64,000 bases of DNA, from assembly GCA_002633005.1 (NCBI GenBank), contig NMRA01000269.1, positions 1-64,000 of the forward strand, in the 5' to 3' direction. A model generated the notes under the pieces. That model was given only the letters and a program-made list of their open reading frames with translations. It was not told where the DNA came from and made no database searches. Numbering within the stretch: the first letter of the stretch is position 1; each line of letters starts with the position of its first letter. Positions 1 to 12,549 of this stretch are shown here, in pieces. The stretch is from Phoronis australis. Its lineage: Eukaryota; Animalia; Phoronida. The position numbers and the translations under genes are program-made.

Positions 1-209
1 GAAGTTCAAAATAAAACGGCCAGAGCGGTAAATTGTCGACCAGTTTAAAACTCGCCCGTCCGGCTACATAACAAAGAATGCTTGACTGAAGTAATGTTGA
101 ACGTTCAATTTACGCGCGTGCTTGACATAAGTATCTAAAAGTATCATTGGCCATTGACAAAATACCGTAATACCCTGCATGCCAGCATAGATTATAGACA
201 ACAGCCTCC

Positions 210-350
210 CGTTCAGTAACGCTAGGACCTATCTTAAAAGCAAGACTTTGCAAGATTTCGCGTGATATTGCCGTGTATCTTAAAAAAGAGCACGTGACCT
301 TGACTAGCTTTTGGCTAGGTTCTAGCGTAGATCCTAGCGTCTACTGAACG
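210..350. mobile_element. ~140-bp MITE nested near the left end of the P-type element
   Basis: TIR CGTTCAGTAACGCTAGGACCT / AGATCCTAGCGTCTACTGAACG. The internal sequence recurs, diverged, at ~15405-15530, and a related end occurs at ~43350-43375. Confidence 0.6.
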
Positions 351-752
351 CACGCCAGATTCGCGACTCCGGCATATCCTTACATGCTGAGCTGAACTCT
401 CCTGACCTTTCTGGTGCAGTTTCCGGTTAGTGTATTTTGACGAGAAATACTTGCATCTACTTTACTGTCCAAAACAACGAAAAAATACTAATTCGGCATT
501 GAAACGCTTTTCAAAGTCTTTCAATAGTAGAAGTGTTGGTATTGGGAGTACTTTTGGTATTGCTACTGGTAATTAATTACAAAATTCAAACTTCGGCGCC
601 TACTGATTATGTCGTCTGCTTGCCCAATACTAGCAGCATAGTTATCGGACAGTTTTTGATTTATGGTTCACATAGGCCTACTGAGAAAACTACGAAAGCA
701 TGTTTATAAATCAACATTCTCAAGTGAGCAGTTCTTCTGGGAAGTGTTGAGT

Positions 753-768
753 GGCCCTTAAAAGGGCC
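753..768 (-). terminator. Histone-type 3' stem-loop no. 2 (GGCCCT-TTTA-AGGGCC) followed by an HDE-like element at 730-739
   Basis: Minus strand reads CCGAC-GGCCCTTTTAAGGGCC-ACTCA...CAGAAGAACTG. This is a 6-bp stem with a 4-nt U-rich loop and AC flanks, matching the replication-dependent histone mRNA hairpin. The purine-rich element lies ~13 nt downstream. Confidence 0.7.
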
Positions 769-793
769 GTCGGTTGTAGGTATAGCGTGAAAT

Positions 794-809
794 GGTTCTT
801 AAAAGAACC
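794..809 (-). terminator. Histone-type 3' stem-loop no. 1 (GGTTCT-TTTA-AGAACC)
   Basis: Minus strand reads TCAAC-GGTTCTTTTAAGAACC-ATTT, beginning 10 nt after the TGA (822-820) of the PHD-like ORF. Confidence 0.7.
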
Positions 810-819
810 GTTGAATAAT

Positions 820-1048
820 TCAACATAAATCACACAGTATACCATGCTCACTCAAGTACTGAAGGTCCTCTTCATTCAAGTTTTCATCTGGGAATGTTGG
901 ATGAAAACAGAGGAGATGGCAATATCGATGACAGTTGTAACACCTTATATAAATGTTACCGTTCTCCAACGTTATCACGAACCCAGCCTTTTTCAGTTCT
1001 CTTTCCTGGATTCAGAAGTAGCCCTGAACCATAGGGAAAAAAGACATA
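820..1048 (-). pseudogene. C-terminal PHD-finger-like coding remnant of the transposon gene
   Basis: Open frame without ATG (not in the ORF track): ...GNIYIRCYNCHRYCHLLCFHPTFPDENLNEEDLQYLSEHGILCDLC-stop. Spacing is CxxC-xxx-H-xx-C...CxxC. Upstream frames are disrupted. Confidence 0.55.
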
Positions 1049-2258
1049 CTACGAAAACGAATCAAATTTTGAAAATCATCGCCTCCGTGTGATTACGTGT
1101 TGCTGTCGCCAGACTGTTGTTCCTCCCCAACATCAATGTCGAAAATCGACGTTACAAGTGATGGAAACTTGTGTCCTTTGTTTCTAACTTTTAACCCATC
1201 TTTTAAGAAAGGGGTGTACTGATTTTGTCTAACGTTGATTGAGCATAACTTTTGGTTTTTACAATGTATTAATTGTGTTGAATGCATTCATATTAGGTGG
1301 CTTCATTGAGTTGAACAGAAAATAAACTAAATGTAACACAATAAAGTTTTGAAAATAAATAGAACAGTAAAACTGGACTCCCTAAAAATCGAGCTGTTTT
1401 CGAAAACTTTGCGCCATTGGTGATCTGATTGGTTCATGCATTTACGGCGGGAAAATAATAGACCAAGTATCGTGCACGTGTGTGCACTGTAGCAACACTT
1501 TGTATCTTATTCTTATTTAGCCAATCTGTTGATACAGTAAATTTCCTTATTTATGCCCATCCTGATTTGACTGCAACTTGAGCTTGTTGGGTTCTATCAT
1601 ATATTGGGTTGGCATTGGGACCCACATGATGCTTACTCGAATGGGCTTTTACCAAGTATTTCAAATTGAGGTGAAGTAAATAAACAAGGTGGCGGAAATT
1701 TAGAAAAACATATGTCCGCTTACAAAAAATTTAACAGTGAAGAATAAAAACAACCTTTACACCCCTCTGGTGTTCCTGTTCCATGTTTTCAAAAAAGTTG
1801 GCTGCATTTTCATAGACTGCAGTCGAGAGATTTTGTGCGGCATATATTCGACATGAAATGAGTGTGTAACCTGCTGTTGAATTGCGAGATAGGTTTTGAC
1901 TGGTCCAGGTGGTTATTTATGAAGTATTAATGTAATCTTTATTGAGGTTAAAGGTTTTACCAGCGTTCTTTTTATTTGTACACGAATGTGAATTTGTTGA
2001 AATCGCTGATCCAAATCCTGGCCAAATGTGCGCATTCTGCTGAGACCAACCGTCTGATCAGGGCCAGCGAAGAGTAATTTGGCTAATTCGCTCACTTGGC
2101 TATGGCTGAACTTCCTCGTAAGGACAAGAGTTTACGAGTCACTACCTTTGGAAGAAATTTAGCGGATAAGTTTCGTCAAAAAGTTTACCAGACAGTTTTC
2201 ATCAAAACGGAGAAAACAAAAATGGATTTGTGAAGGCGGGATTAAGTAGTAGAGTCTC

Positions 2259-2453
2259 TTAAAAACATTCATCTTCGAAGTGCCTTGAACAAATGTATAA
2301 AGTCTTATTGCTGAAACAACTGCCATTCACGTTGACGCAAGAAGTAAGGTTTTCTTCCCACAGCCGATTATGGGGTCTTCGGATGGTATGGAAGCTAATT
2401 CCTTTGCATTTCGCGTGGGTGGCCGAACAACCGATCACACAGTAGCCGACCAT
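2259..2453 (-). pseudogene. THAP zinc-finger domain with premature stop (transposon-derived)
   Basis: MVGYCVIGCS...GISFH...W...LYICSRHFEDECF fits the C2CH THAP signature (CxxxC, FH, W, CSxHF). Confidence 0.85.
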
Positions 2454-4011
2454 AATTAGCAGACGACGTACTTGCCGGAAATTGCACCAGAAAATTTAGC
2501 CAGGTGTCGCCAGTGAATAATGACGTAAGGGCTTGTGCGTAAGCTCACAGATTTTGTCCATTGAAAGTATACGGAGTTGGCGGTCCATGTAGTCTATGAT
2601 GCCAGCCGGAATGGATGGTTGCGAAATGGAGCAGCAAATCGGTTTAGAGACCGGCTTGAAAAGGGCAAAACCAGCGGGCTACTTTTTGGTCGTGTCAAGA
2701 GGGAAGGGTCCCCCAAATTAGCCAAAGTTTATCCTGGAGATCGGTGTTTTGTAGTAAGATGTACGTAATTCGCGTAAGCTATCATAGGCGGACTTTGGCA
2801 GCCACAAATGTATATACAGCAGCAAAACGTGAGGAAATATTTACATGTAGTTTATTACTTAACCCCGGTAATTGACCTATGGCCAGGATTACGACTGACG
2901 GCTTAACTCACCAATCAGTACGCAGTGTTCTTGAAAAACTTTCGTATGCGTTTCCAAGCCGCCATTTTACCCAACAAACAATGCGTTTTCGTGTGAAACT
3001 TATTTTAGTCTATAGCTCAAGAAATTGCGTGATAAAAATGGTGATACGGTGTGTAATTCTGACAGCCTTTATGCAGCTCGAGAAGAATGTCTCGTCATTT
3101 TTAGCCATCTCCTATGCCGAAAAGTGACGTCGAAAGGTTTAAACAATGTATCAACGTACACGAGCAGCGATGTTGCTTAATTACTCGAAGGTTAAACACA
3201 AGTATATTTGTTCCACGATAAACAATAGTTCAGTTTGGTGCCTATAGTGTAGGCTTATCTGATTTTGACTCCGGAGTTTCACTCGTCTGGTAGCCTTTGT
3301 CTCGGCACCTGCTGCATCTCAGCAATATAGTCTAGCGATAGTCTCTGGAAAGTGTTTTTATATTTTTACTATTTTTCAGTTATTTCGACCTATAGACAGC
3401 GTTTTATTTCGTATCAGAGGTACATTTTTTGTTATTCATATACCAGTAAGCTGGCATTCAACTGAACTTTCTTCCAAAATTGAGAGATTCTATCGGCACA
3501 GGGAGTGGCACTGGATTACTGAACTCAAAGCCTTGTTCGAGCTCTTGTCACGAAAAAATAAACAGTTGACTTACTTTTTGATGAGGACATCTGGTATACT
3601 CTTTGCCAGTAGAGTTACAGAGAGCTTACTTTGAAGTTGTTAAAACTGATATTTAAGATTTATGAAGCTTTAAAAAAGCCATTTTTGCCACTACACCAGA
3701 CTTGTCATTTTTGTAACCATGCCACAGTTTAATGATCATGCTACGTTTAAATATAACTGCAAGCTACATGTATCTTTATGCAGTGAAACTGCAAAAATTG
3801 CGAAGTTCGTCAGAAGGTAAGCCTATTAAACTTAAATGGCTTAATGGTGCAATTACGTGCATTAATTTGACTTGGACACAGCCTTAGACCTACCGGAGCT
3901 TAATGCTTCCCTTGGACGAGATGAGTGTGTACTTGAGCTATAGGCCTAAATCTAATTTTTTTTTAATCGAAATATTTGGTTCGAATATTAGAGAAGCGTA
4001 AATAGTGCTAT

Positions 4012-4759
4012 CGACTCGACCTACTTTACTCGCTAGTCCTTTGGGCAGTTGTGACCTACTTTTCACTTGGCGGATTTAAGCAAACGACAGAATAAAGATA
4101 TCGACTAATCTTCACTGATTTTGTTCGAAAGATCCTGAAATCTATGGCATCGGGGAGATATTTTGACTGTAAGCTACATACCCAGCTCTACATGAACATA
4201 TCGCATCAGTGGCCTTGTCATTTGTCAGGTGAATGTGAACCCCTGTGGGGTTCCTCGGACTTTCGCGGGCTCCGAAATACATTTCCTCAAACACTTATTT
4301 CTTCATCCTCACCTTTGCAAATTCCCACATTATGAACGTAGGATTCTATGCTTAAAAGCATCGCCTTGACGAAGCGTTTTCGGATAGTGCAAAAACTCTC
4401 ATCGATTCCCCCAGGAACGTCATTTGGCGACAGTGTATTTGCCTCTGGCATCTTGTTTGTTTGTGTCACGTGACTTTTTGTGAGGGGGCGGAGCTTGCGA
4501 TACGTCAATGGCTAGCCGTCTCTTCCAAACTGTGACCTCTACCGTTCAAGGGAGAGTATCTCTCATTTCAAGCAACATTTTGAAACCGGGATTTTTTAAG
4601 GGATGTTTGAAAGGTTTGACTGATGAACTTATTGATTTGCTGTTTAACCAGTATGTGGAAAAAGTAGACACAGATCTTTAAGTTATTTGTCGACCTGCAA
4701 ACTGAAAAAAATATGTACTGGTAAGGCCGCGGTTTTAGTGGCGGAGTTAGTCCAGTCAT
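4012..4759 (+). repeat. ~740-bp dispersed repeat, copy 1
   Basis: Highly similar direct copy at 9361-10100, which explains the duplicated spurious ORFs MASGRYFDCK/MASGIYFDCK. Confidence 0.85.
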
Positions 4760-5254
4760 TATTATTTATATTTCATTGTACTTGGCGTAATATTTTGGTT
4801 ACTAAAATATATTTGCTGGGTAGCAAGTCATGTCAACAATATTGTCCACTGACAATGTAAGGCGGGCAATCTCATTTTTCTTGAGCGGCTAACATGGTTC
4901 CTTGCGCTTTAAGGAGCACAGTTTTTGTAAAAAAAATATTGTTAGGCATATTATTTAGCAAGAGGTGACGCTGCTTGATACTTCTTTAGCCAACCACAAG
5001 CCTTTAAATGGAGATGGTACACATATTCAAACTAATTAACATATTAAATGACGAAACAAGTAAGCTTGCCCAGCAGGAGTCTTCAGCTTTCCAGTTCGGT
5101 TGATGTCCATTAAAAACGAATGTTTTTGATACTTAAAGTTCAGGGCGTTTCTTGCTGTTGTTTTCTCAACAGTAAGCAGAACAGCGTCCGAAACCGTAAT
5201 GCTAAAAAGTAAATCGTTTTCATGTGTGACAGGTGACCAGTGGAAGCGACATCT

Positions 5255-5430
5255 GGGGCGGTGAGTAGGGGAGTGACTCATAAACATTTCAGTAATGGGC
5301 GTAATTTGTAAGTTACCGCCGATCAGTCATCAAAATCTGTAAAAAACTGAAGGTTTCTTTAGAGCAACGCATTTCACCATGGCAACAATATGGTTTATTA
5401 TGCACGTAAAGGATAGCGTGTATATAAATA
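5255..5430 (+). promoter_or_regulatory. Proximal promoter of CTHRC1-like copy A: GC box (5255-5261), AP-1 site TGACTCA (5274-5280), TATA box (5421-5428)
   Basis: TATATAAA lies ~50 nt upstream of ATG 5478 and is conserved in the paralogous promoter at ~26518-26527. Confidence 0.6.
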
Positions 5431-6566
5431 AGGCCTTGGTATTTATCGTTCGAATTATTCCAGCATCCTTTGCCAAGATGAGTTGTTGGCTTAAACTACT
5501 TAGTGCGGTCGTTCTCGCGCTGCTGGTTGTGGATTCAAAGTTCGCCAACGCCGATTGTTGTTGTGGAACTGGAGGTTAGTTTATATCTATGTCGAATCCC
5601 CGCAAGAGTCAGCACCTATATAAATTATGACCCTCTGTAATTATTCTAATAATAAATATTTGTGATGCATATCCGAAGACTCGGCCACAAGACGTGACAG
5701 AGAATAACTGTTGAAAAAGCGTTCACTGATGCCTACCTTATGACAGGAATAAAAAGCAATTGGAATTAAAATTGCATGAATTACGATATCATATGGAAAG
5801 GTCTTCATTTGAGTCTTATTGCATAATGAAGTCTCTGAAACTGAACTTTTTCCTGGATATAATAACTCGTCGTCCGTTAAAATGTAATAAATATATTCTG
5901 TGTACGGGTTTAGTGAAATAAAGGTTAAATTTACATTGAAGACGGAGGGGTAAGGCCATTAACGTTGAACTATAGCAGCGTTTATATAACTGAAGTCTTA
6001 CCACTACACCACTCAGCGGCTGACGTCATCGAGCGTGAAAATAGAAGAGTTAAATGAGCACGCGCAGCAATCACATGTTCAGCAAAAGGCATTGCACTGA
6101 CGTTCATACGCTATGAAAAATAAGACGCATATTTTCCATAAAAACGATATTTTAATTCAGTGAAATTTTTCTCTCGTGTTCTCTCACTTATAAAACACCG
6201 ATCTCCAAAGGGAATGCAGGTGTCGTGTGGTCAGGATCCTTTGACTTGAGCATTATAATCAGTTACTAGTGGTACCCTACTTTAGCAGACGATATATTCC
6301 CGGTCGAAGCTTAGCGTGCTAAAATGTGTAGTAAGCTTTAATAGGTGCTAAACCTTAATTTATAGATTCACTTTATTTCTATTTTGTTTTATTTTTCAAT
6401 TGGTTTTGAGTAAAAGCATTATTTTACAAAAAATATCTCGGGTTTTCTCAAAAGGTCACGACCTCCGACCCCGGGCCTCTGACATAGAAAGTAGTTACAA
6501 AGCCGAGGCGAGTCGAGAAATGTAGATCGATTCATTGCAATGTTTCTCGTTCAGTATGTGGTATAA

Positions 6567-6708
6567 ATAGATTATTACGGTTACATGTTCTCAGCCGTTA
6601 TCCCCCTTATCTAGAGCCCTCGTGGATTTTGTAGAATTATCCAATTCTCCAAAATCCACTCGGGCTCTAGATAACGGGGGATAACGACTTCGCCATGTAA
6701 TAATCTAT
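6567..6708. repeat. ~140-bp fold-back hairpin MITE
   Basis: ATAGATTATTAC...CGTTATCCCCCTTATCTAGAGCCC..GTGGATTTTG pairs with CAAAATCCAC..GGGCTCTAGATAACGGGGGATAACG...GTAATAATCTAT. Confidence 0.75.
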
Positions 6709-7019
6709 ATTTATCTTTCCGATGATAGTGGAGCATTTTTTCATAACGAAAAAAAATTTCATTCGACCGCCCTAATTTAGGTAAGTGAATGAACGATATC
6801 AGTGGTAAAAGATCGCTACGCGCATTTCGAGCAGTAAGTTTTGCATGTCACACTTTGTTATCGTTTTAGCAAACTGTAGTGAGAAATATAGTAAAATATG
6901 ACAACGCGGTTTATTTCGAGTCTGTGATACGGCAATCATGTAAAAATATTTTGCTTACCCCCGCCTGCTGGATAGTTCCCTGGTCGCCCACCATGAAAGT
7001 CGACAGTGATGTTCCCGTT

Positions 7020-7252
7020 ATCATTTTGAAAAGAAGTTATTTAAGAAACATGCAATCAAATGTTATTCCTTAAATTTACTTCCAGACACAAAGATTGGTG
7101 TACTGTACAGAATTGAGGACAGAAGGAATTACACGTCGCGGAGGCTTAATCGGCTTCCAAATTTGGTGCCACCTGTTGGAGGCTTCTCACTACGACGGTG
7201 ATTAACAATATCCCCATCCAAATGTTGACAAAAAATATTTTAGTATATTCAC
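7020..7252 (+). repeat. Dispersed repeat fragment (second copy at ~18818-19043)
   Basis: Shared sequence including AGACACAAAGATTGGTGTACT...CCAAATTTGGTGCCACCTGTTGGA..CTTCTCACTACGAC. Confidence 0.75.
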
Positions 7253-7260
7253 CACGTTAA

Positions 7261-8334
7261 AGGAGAATGCCACCCGGTTTAATTAATCTTTTTGCCGTCT
7301 TAATAGGTTTATATCCACATCGCCTCGCATACGGTCGACCTAACCTTGCCAAGAGGTGTCGCGTTAACCTGTGAGGAAGGTGAGAAACGACGCTAGCGAC
7401 GTCAGTGGTTCATATGCAGAGTGAATGTCGCTATGTTGCGGTGCATCGTTCTCGCTTGTCCGAACTACTACGCAGCTGCGAGGAAAGCGGGTATATCGTT
7501 TTTTTACTTCCTCGAGAGTCCAAAATGCTTAGGAAGTGGCTCATGGCAGTGAAGAATGAAATGTTCGTTGTAAAGAGCAAGTATGAGGCCGTGAAACATT
7601 TCCGTGTCTGTGGCCTGCAGACGTCGACAGTGCCTGACGAATGCCGGCTTACCAAATAACTCCATACGTTCCGTTGCCTGAGCTTGTTCACGGCGCCTCT
7701 CTAATATTTCTTCATCACTGTATTCCTGTTCGAATTGATAGCCTGTAAAACTTAACGATCCACCAGCGAAGTCGGGACTGATGAGCTTTAGCTCGTCCTT
7801 AGTCGGGATTGCGACGGTTGCCATGTTGGCGTTTATTACTGAGCGTTCTGTTTCAAAATGAATTATTCTCACCCTAACCAATAGTTGTATAAAACTGAAA
7901 AAAGTCTGTCTCATTAGATACACTTTGTAATGCTTTTGGAGTGTTCGTGAGTGCAAATGATTTGAAAAGCCAGCAATGAATAAATCACTGCGTTACCGGT
8001 TTAGGTGCAATAAAACTGAGGCACCGAGGCCGTGTGAGCTCATGCTAATTTAGTGTTTGCTGGCAGAAACTGTTGCGAAACAACTCGATTTCCATCCTAC
8101 GACCAGGTGTTAGGGGAATCTTTATTAACATTTACATTACTCAAATAATGATGGTCAATGAACAACCTCTGCCCTGACGGTGCTGTGGCCAAAGCGGAAC
8201 CTGAATTCGCGGCCCCCGACGAGTAAGTAGATTTACAGTTTCGTGGCTAATTCACCAACATAATCACGTGCACAATACTTTGGCTCACTAGTATAGTATT
8301 TTCTTGACTGGAAGTTTCCATTGAACTTTGGCTG
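7261..8334. mobile_element. Kolobok-like DNA transposon, left part (runs into the assembly gap)
   Basis: TTAA (7257-7260) followed by AGGAGAATGCCACC terminus. Aligns with 32704-33810. Contains a degenerate THAP on + (FLLPRESKMLRKWLMAVKNE...RVCG) and a GYQFEQEYSDEE motif on -. Confidence 0.65.
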
Positions 8335-9080
8335 NNNNNNNNNNNNNNNNNNNNNNNNNNNNNNNNNNNNNNNNNNNNNNNNNNNNNNNNNNNNNNNNNN
8401 NNNNNNNNNNNNNNNNNNNNNNNNNNNNNNNNNNNNNNNNNNNNNNNNNNNNNNNNNNNNNNNNNNNNNNNNNNNNNNNNNNNNNNNNNNNNNNNNNNNN
8501 NNNNNNNNNNNNNNNNNNNNNNNNNNNNNNNNNNNNNNNNNNNNNNNNNNNNNNNNNNNNNNNNNNNNNNNNNNNNNNNNNNNNNNNNNNNNNNNNNNNN
8601 NNNNNNNNNNNNNNNNNNNNNNNNNNNNNNNNNNNNNNNNNNNNNNNNNNNNNNNNNNNNNNNNNNNNNNNNNNNNNNNNNNNNNNNNNNNNNNNNNNNN
8701 NNNNNNNNNNNNNNNNNNNNNNNNNNNNNNNNNNNNNNNNNNNNNNNNNNNNNNNNNNNNNNNNNNNNNNNNNNNNNNNNNNNNNNNNNNNNNNNNNNNN
8801 NNNNNNNNNNNNNNNNNNNNNNNNNNNNNNNNNNNNNNNNNNNNNNNNNNNNNNNNNNNNNNNNNNNNNNNNNNNNNNNNNNNNNNNNNNNNNNNNNNNN
8901 NNNNNNNNNNNNNNNNNNNNNNNNNNNNNNNNNNNNNNNNNNNNNNNNNNNNNNNNNNNNNNNNNNNNNNNNNNNNNNNNNNNNNNNNNNNNNNNNNNNN
9001 NNNNNNNNNNNNNNNNNNNNNNNNNNNNNNNNNNNNNNNNNNNNNNNNNNNNNNNNNNNNNNNNNNNNNNNNNNNNNNNN
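8335..9080. other. Assembly gap (N run)
   Basis: Run of N. Confidence 1.
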
Positions 9081-9360
9081 AATATTGTTCAATACAATGG
9101 CACTGATGGGACCATATTACTTGTTTTACAAAAAAAGTCACCAAAACAGTTGTTTTTACAAATATAAGTTTACTAAGCTCTTTGGTGATTATTAGGTCAC
9201 TTCAAACTCAAATTTCTCAAAAATGTGCAACTTTATATGTGGGAACTTTTTAGATTTTGAAAACACTCTAATAAATGAATAAAAAAACACCAAAATAAAA
9301 TTGCCCCCCTAAAGTACTCACAAAAACCATTTTCTAGAGGCCCTACAAATTCTGGCCCAC

Positions 9361-10100
9361 CGACTAGATCTACTTTACTCGCTAGTCCTTCGGGCAGTTG
9401 TGACCTACTTTTCACTTGGCGGATTTTAGCAAACGACAGAATAAAGATATCGATTAATCTTCACTGATTTTGTTCGAAAGATCCTGAAATCTATGGCATC
9501 GGGGATATATTTTGACTGTAAGCTACATACCCAGCTCTACATGAACATATCGCATCAGTGGCCTTGTCATTTGTCAGGTGAATGTGAACCCCGTGTGGGG
9601 TTCCTCGGACTTTGGCGGGCTCCGAAATACTTTTCCTCAAACACTTATTTCTTCTTCGTCACCTTTGCAAATTCCCACATTATGAACGTAGGATTCTACG
9701 CTTAAAAGCATCGCCTAATGTCTTTGTCGAAGCGTTTTCGGATAGTGCAAAAAACACTCATCGATTCCACCAGGAACGTCATTTAGCGACAGCGTATTTG
9801 CCTCTGGCATCTTGTTTGTTTGTGTCGCGTGACTTTTTGTAAGGGAGCGGATCTCGCGATACGTCAATGGCTGTGACCTCTACCGTTCAAGGGAGAGTAT
9901 CTCTCAGTTCAAGCAACATTTTGAAACCGGGATTTTTTAAAGGATGTTTGAAAGGTTTGACTGAGGAACTTATTGATTTGCTGTTTAACCAGTATGTGGA
10001 AAAAGTAGACACAGATCTTTAAGTTATTGGTCGACCTGCAAACTGAAAATACTATGTACTGGTAAGGCCGCTGTTTTAGTGGCGGAGTGAGTCCAGCCAT
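9361..10100 (+). repeat. ~740-bp dispersed repeat, copy 2 (intronic)
   Basis: Direct copy of 4012-4759. Confidence 0.85.
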
Positions 10101-12549
10101 ATGATTCTCCACACCTGTTTGAATGATATGAGATGAGTCCCCTCGTGACAAAATCATCTTTTTAACTCCCCCTTCCTTAACACAATAATGCAGACAAAAT
10201 GCTGGAAAAGGTCGCGGTCCTTGAAGTCTCGTTAAACCTGTTTACTGTCGAATATGGTATTGATTGGAGACAACTTGTTACTAACGGACTACATCATGGG
10301 TTGCATTGTTATCAGAGCATTTATCACACGTAGGCCGTTAATATTGACAAGAGATTGGTGATATATTAGTCTGGTCGCCGAAGGAGTGTAAAGGAGAAAG
10401 TAAAACCACGTGTTACGTTTTTTGAAAAGACCGAATCGCCAGTTGAGTAACGTGCATTTTTCTTAATGTGGCAGCAGGCGCTATATCCAAAAGATCAAAA
10501 TTGTCACCTCAGTTCAAACTGGCAAGAAACCACGTAGGAAAGAGCAATTAAAATCATAAGAAGCAGCATGCAACTACATTTTCGAGATTTTCCATTTCGG
10601 TATCACAAGACGAACTACTTTGTTATAGCATGGGCCATTGTGCAACAAAACAAGACGCATAGAAAAGAGACGAAAATCGCAATCCGTGCCAAAGTCTAAT
10701 TCGGGAACTAAATAAGCACAAGAAACACAAAAATTCATTCTGAACCCCAATCATGGCTAGAAGACATTTCTAATTTGAGTAAGAGAAACAAGTTGAGATC
10801 AGTTTAATGACGTATTATATTTGGAACACTTCAGACATTTTTGCAGCCATAAATTTTCTTCATAGAGGAACATTATTTACGTTTAAGCGGACTTCAGTCA
10901 TACAGCTAATCATTGTTTTGTTTAACGGTCACTCTCGTGACTAAAGTTTGAAGATGCACGGATAATGTTCGCGCATGAGCAACAGTTTGAGGCTGCAAAC
11001 ACCCGAGAGTTCAGAATGGACAAAGTATAGTATCGTTCAAAACATCTCGGGTATTTTCGTAGCTTCACTTTTCCTCTCGAAGATGAAAGTTATTTACGCC
11101 TGTGAGGTCTTCTGTCTCATGGTAAGTCCTGTGACTATCAGGCAGAGGAATGATTGGACACATGACGAAGTGCGCATATGTGCAATAACTTTCACCTCTC
11201 AGAGGAACTTTGAAGTTTCGAAATACCCTAGGTGTTCTGGATGAGTGTAATATGGCATAGTACATCCGGAGCGCCTCGGGAATTTTCGTAACCTCAAATC
11301 TACTTCCGTAACTCTCAAATTACCCATCGAAGGTGTTTCATATCCTTGCAATTAGAATGCCCAAATTATGTGACTGCCAAAATGGAGAACGCCGTTGAAT
11401 GCTGTTGAACGTTGTGTGATAGGATAAAACGTGAAATAACAGTCAGAGGCGATACAAATATGGCAATATTTCAAGATGAGATCGTCACATTAAAGCATTA
11501 CAGTTTTTCGATAATGAATGGCAGCATTTTTTCTTAAGGGAAATGGGTGCTAGGTGAACCCGGGTGAAGTATTACCTATCATCACGCCAGGGGCTTTCTT
11601 CTATTTGGTCTGCGGAGTTTGCCTTCCACGCAATTGTCTTGTATTCTCGCTCTACACAATGAGATACAGCGTCTTAGCGGCAGATGAAAGAGCAAGCAAA
11701 ACGATGTAATACACTCCAATTATTGCATTATTTTCATTAACAACTAAAAGAAAACGAGTGATTTTGCAAACCAACGTACTAGGAAGATGTTTTATTCAAG
11801 CTGTGCCTTGGCGACGATGTAGAAAAATGATAATGATAATGGGCACGAAGAGTAGGGCACATATGCAGCGAAGGCAAGTCAACTAGAAAACAAGTCTTAC
11901 AAGTAATACAATTATTCACTGATACAGGCTAGTTCTTAACCTCGATCTGCTTTCCTTTACTGCAACTTCCTCATTTAAACCAAAAAGCATTATATTTTAG
12001 ACCACGACTTTTTATAAGAGGAACACTTATTCGCTTGGAGTGGCGTTCTTGGCATGCTTGGTCAGGCAGGAGCCGCCGCTCGCTGTAATCGTTGGTACTT
12101 CACCTTCAACGGCCAAGAATGCCCTAATCGTCCAATTGACACTATAGTGTACAAGAATCCTGGGACGGTAACTGTCCAACGTGGTAATGCATGTAAGTAG
12201 TTTTGCTCAAAACATTTTTTTCTAGAGGTGTTTTGCTTATTGGTTTTTGAGTTGAAATCATTAGCCTACGAATAACCTAAGTATTGAGATAACTTTTTGC
12301 TAAAGATGTCATTGGTGTTTGATAAGCTTACTGAAGACTTAACAAAAGACGTTGAGAGTGCCTTTAAAATTGAAGTTCACCTCATCAAGTTCACCCACGC
12401 CAAGCTTTATTTTAATAATTGGCAATGCATAATACGATCTCATTTAACTTAAGTCATTGTCTCTTCACAATAAATCTTAATGACACGTTGCCAATTTGAC
12501 GCGATAATTGCTTCGCCTTAAATGCTCCCTCTTGATACTACGATCAGCA

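Larger units (their letters stand above)
186..2598 (-). mobile_element. P-superfamily (THAP-type) DNA transposon, degenerate/non-autonomous
   Basis: Termini CATAGATTATA (186) and TGTAGTCTATG (2598) form a short imperfect TIR (CA...TG). Identical 7-bp flanks ATGCCAG at 179-185 and 2599-2605 (TSD). A THAP ORF starts ~145 bp inside the right end. 7-8 bp TSD, CA/TG ends and THAP are typical of the P superfamily. Confidence 0.75.

Noticed and set aside
700-1300. A histone gene upstream of the stem-loops
   Set aside because: No Lys/Arg-rich histone-fold ORF was seen. The upstream frame is a Cys/His finger.
8233-9167. Long ORFs of 260-300 aa
   Set aside because: Artefacts of translating through the N gap.
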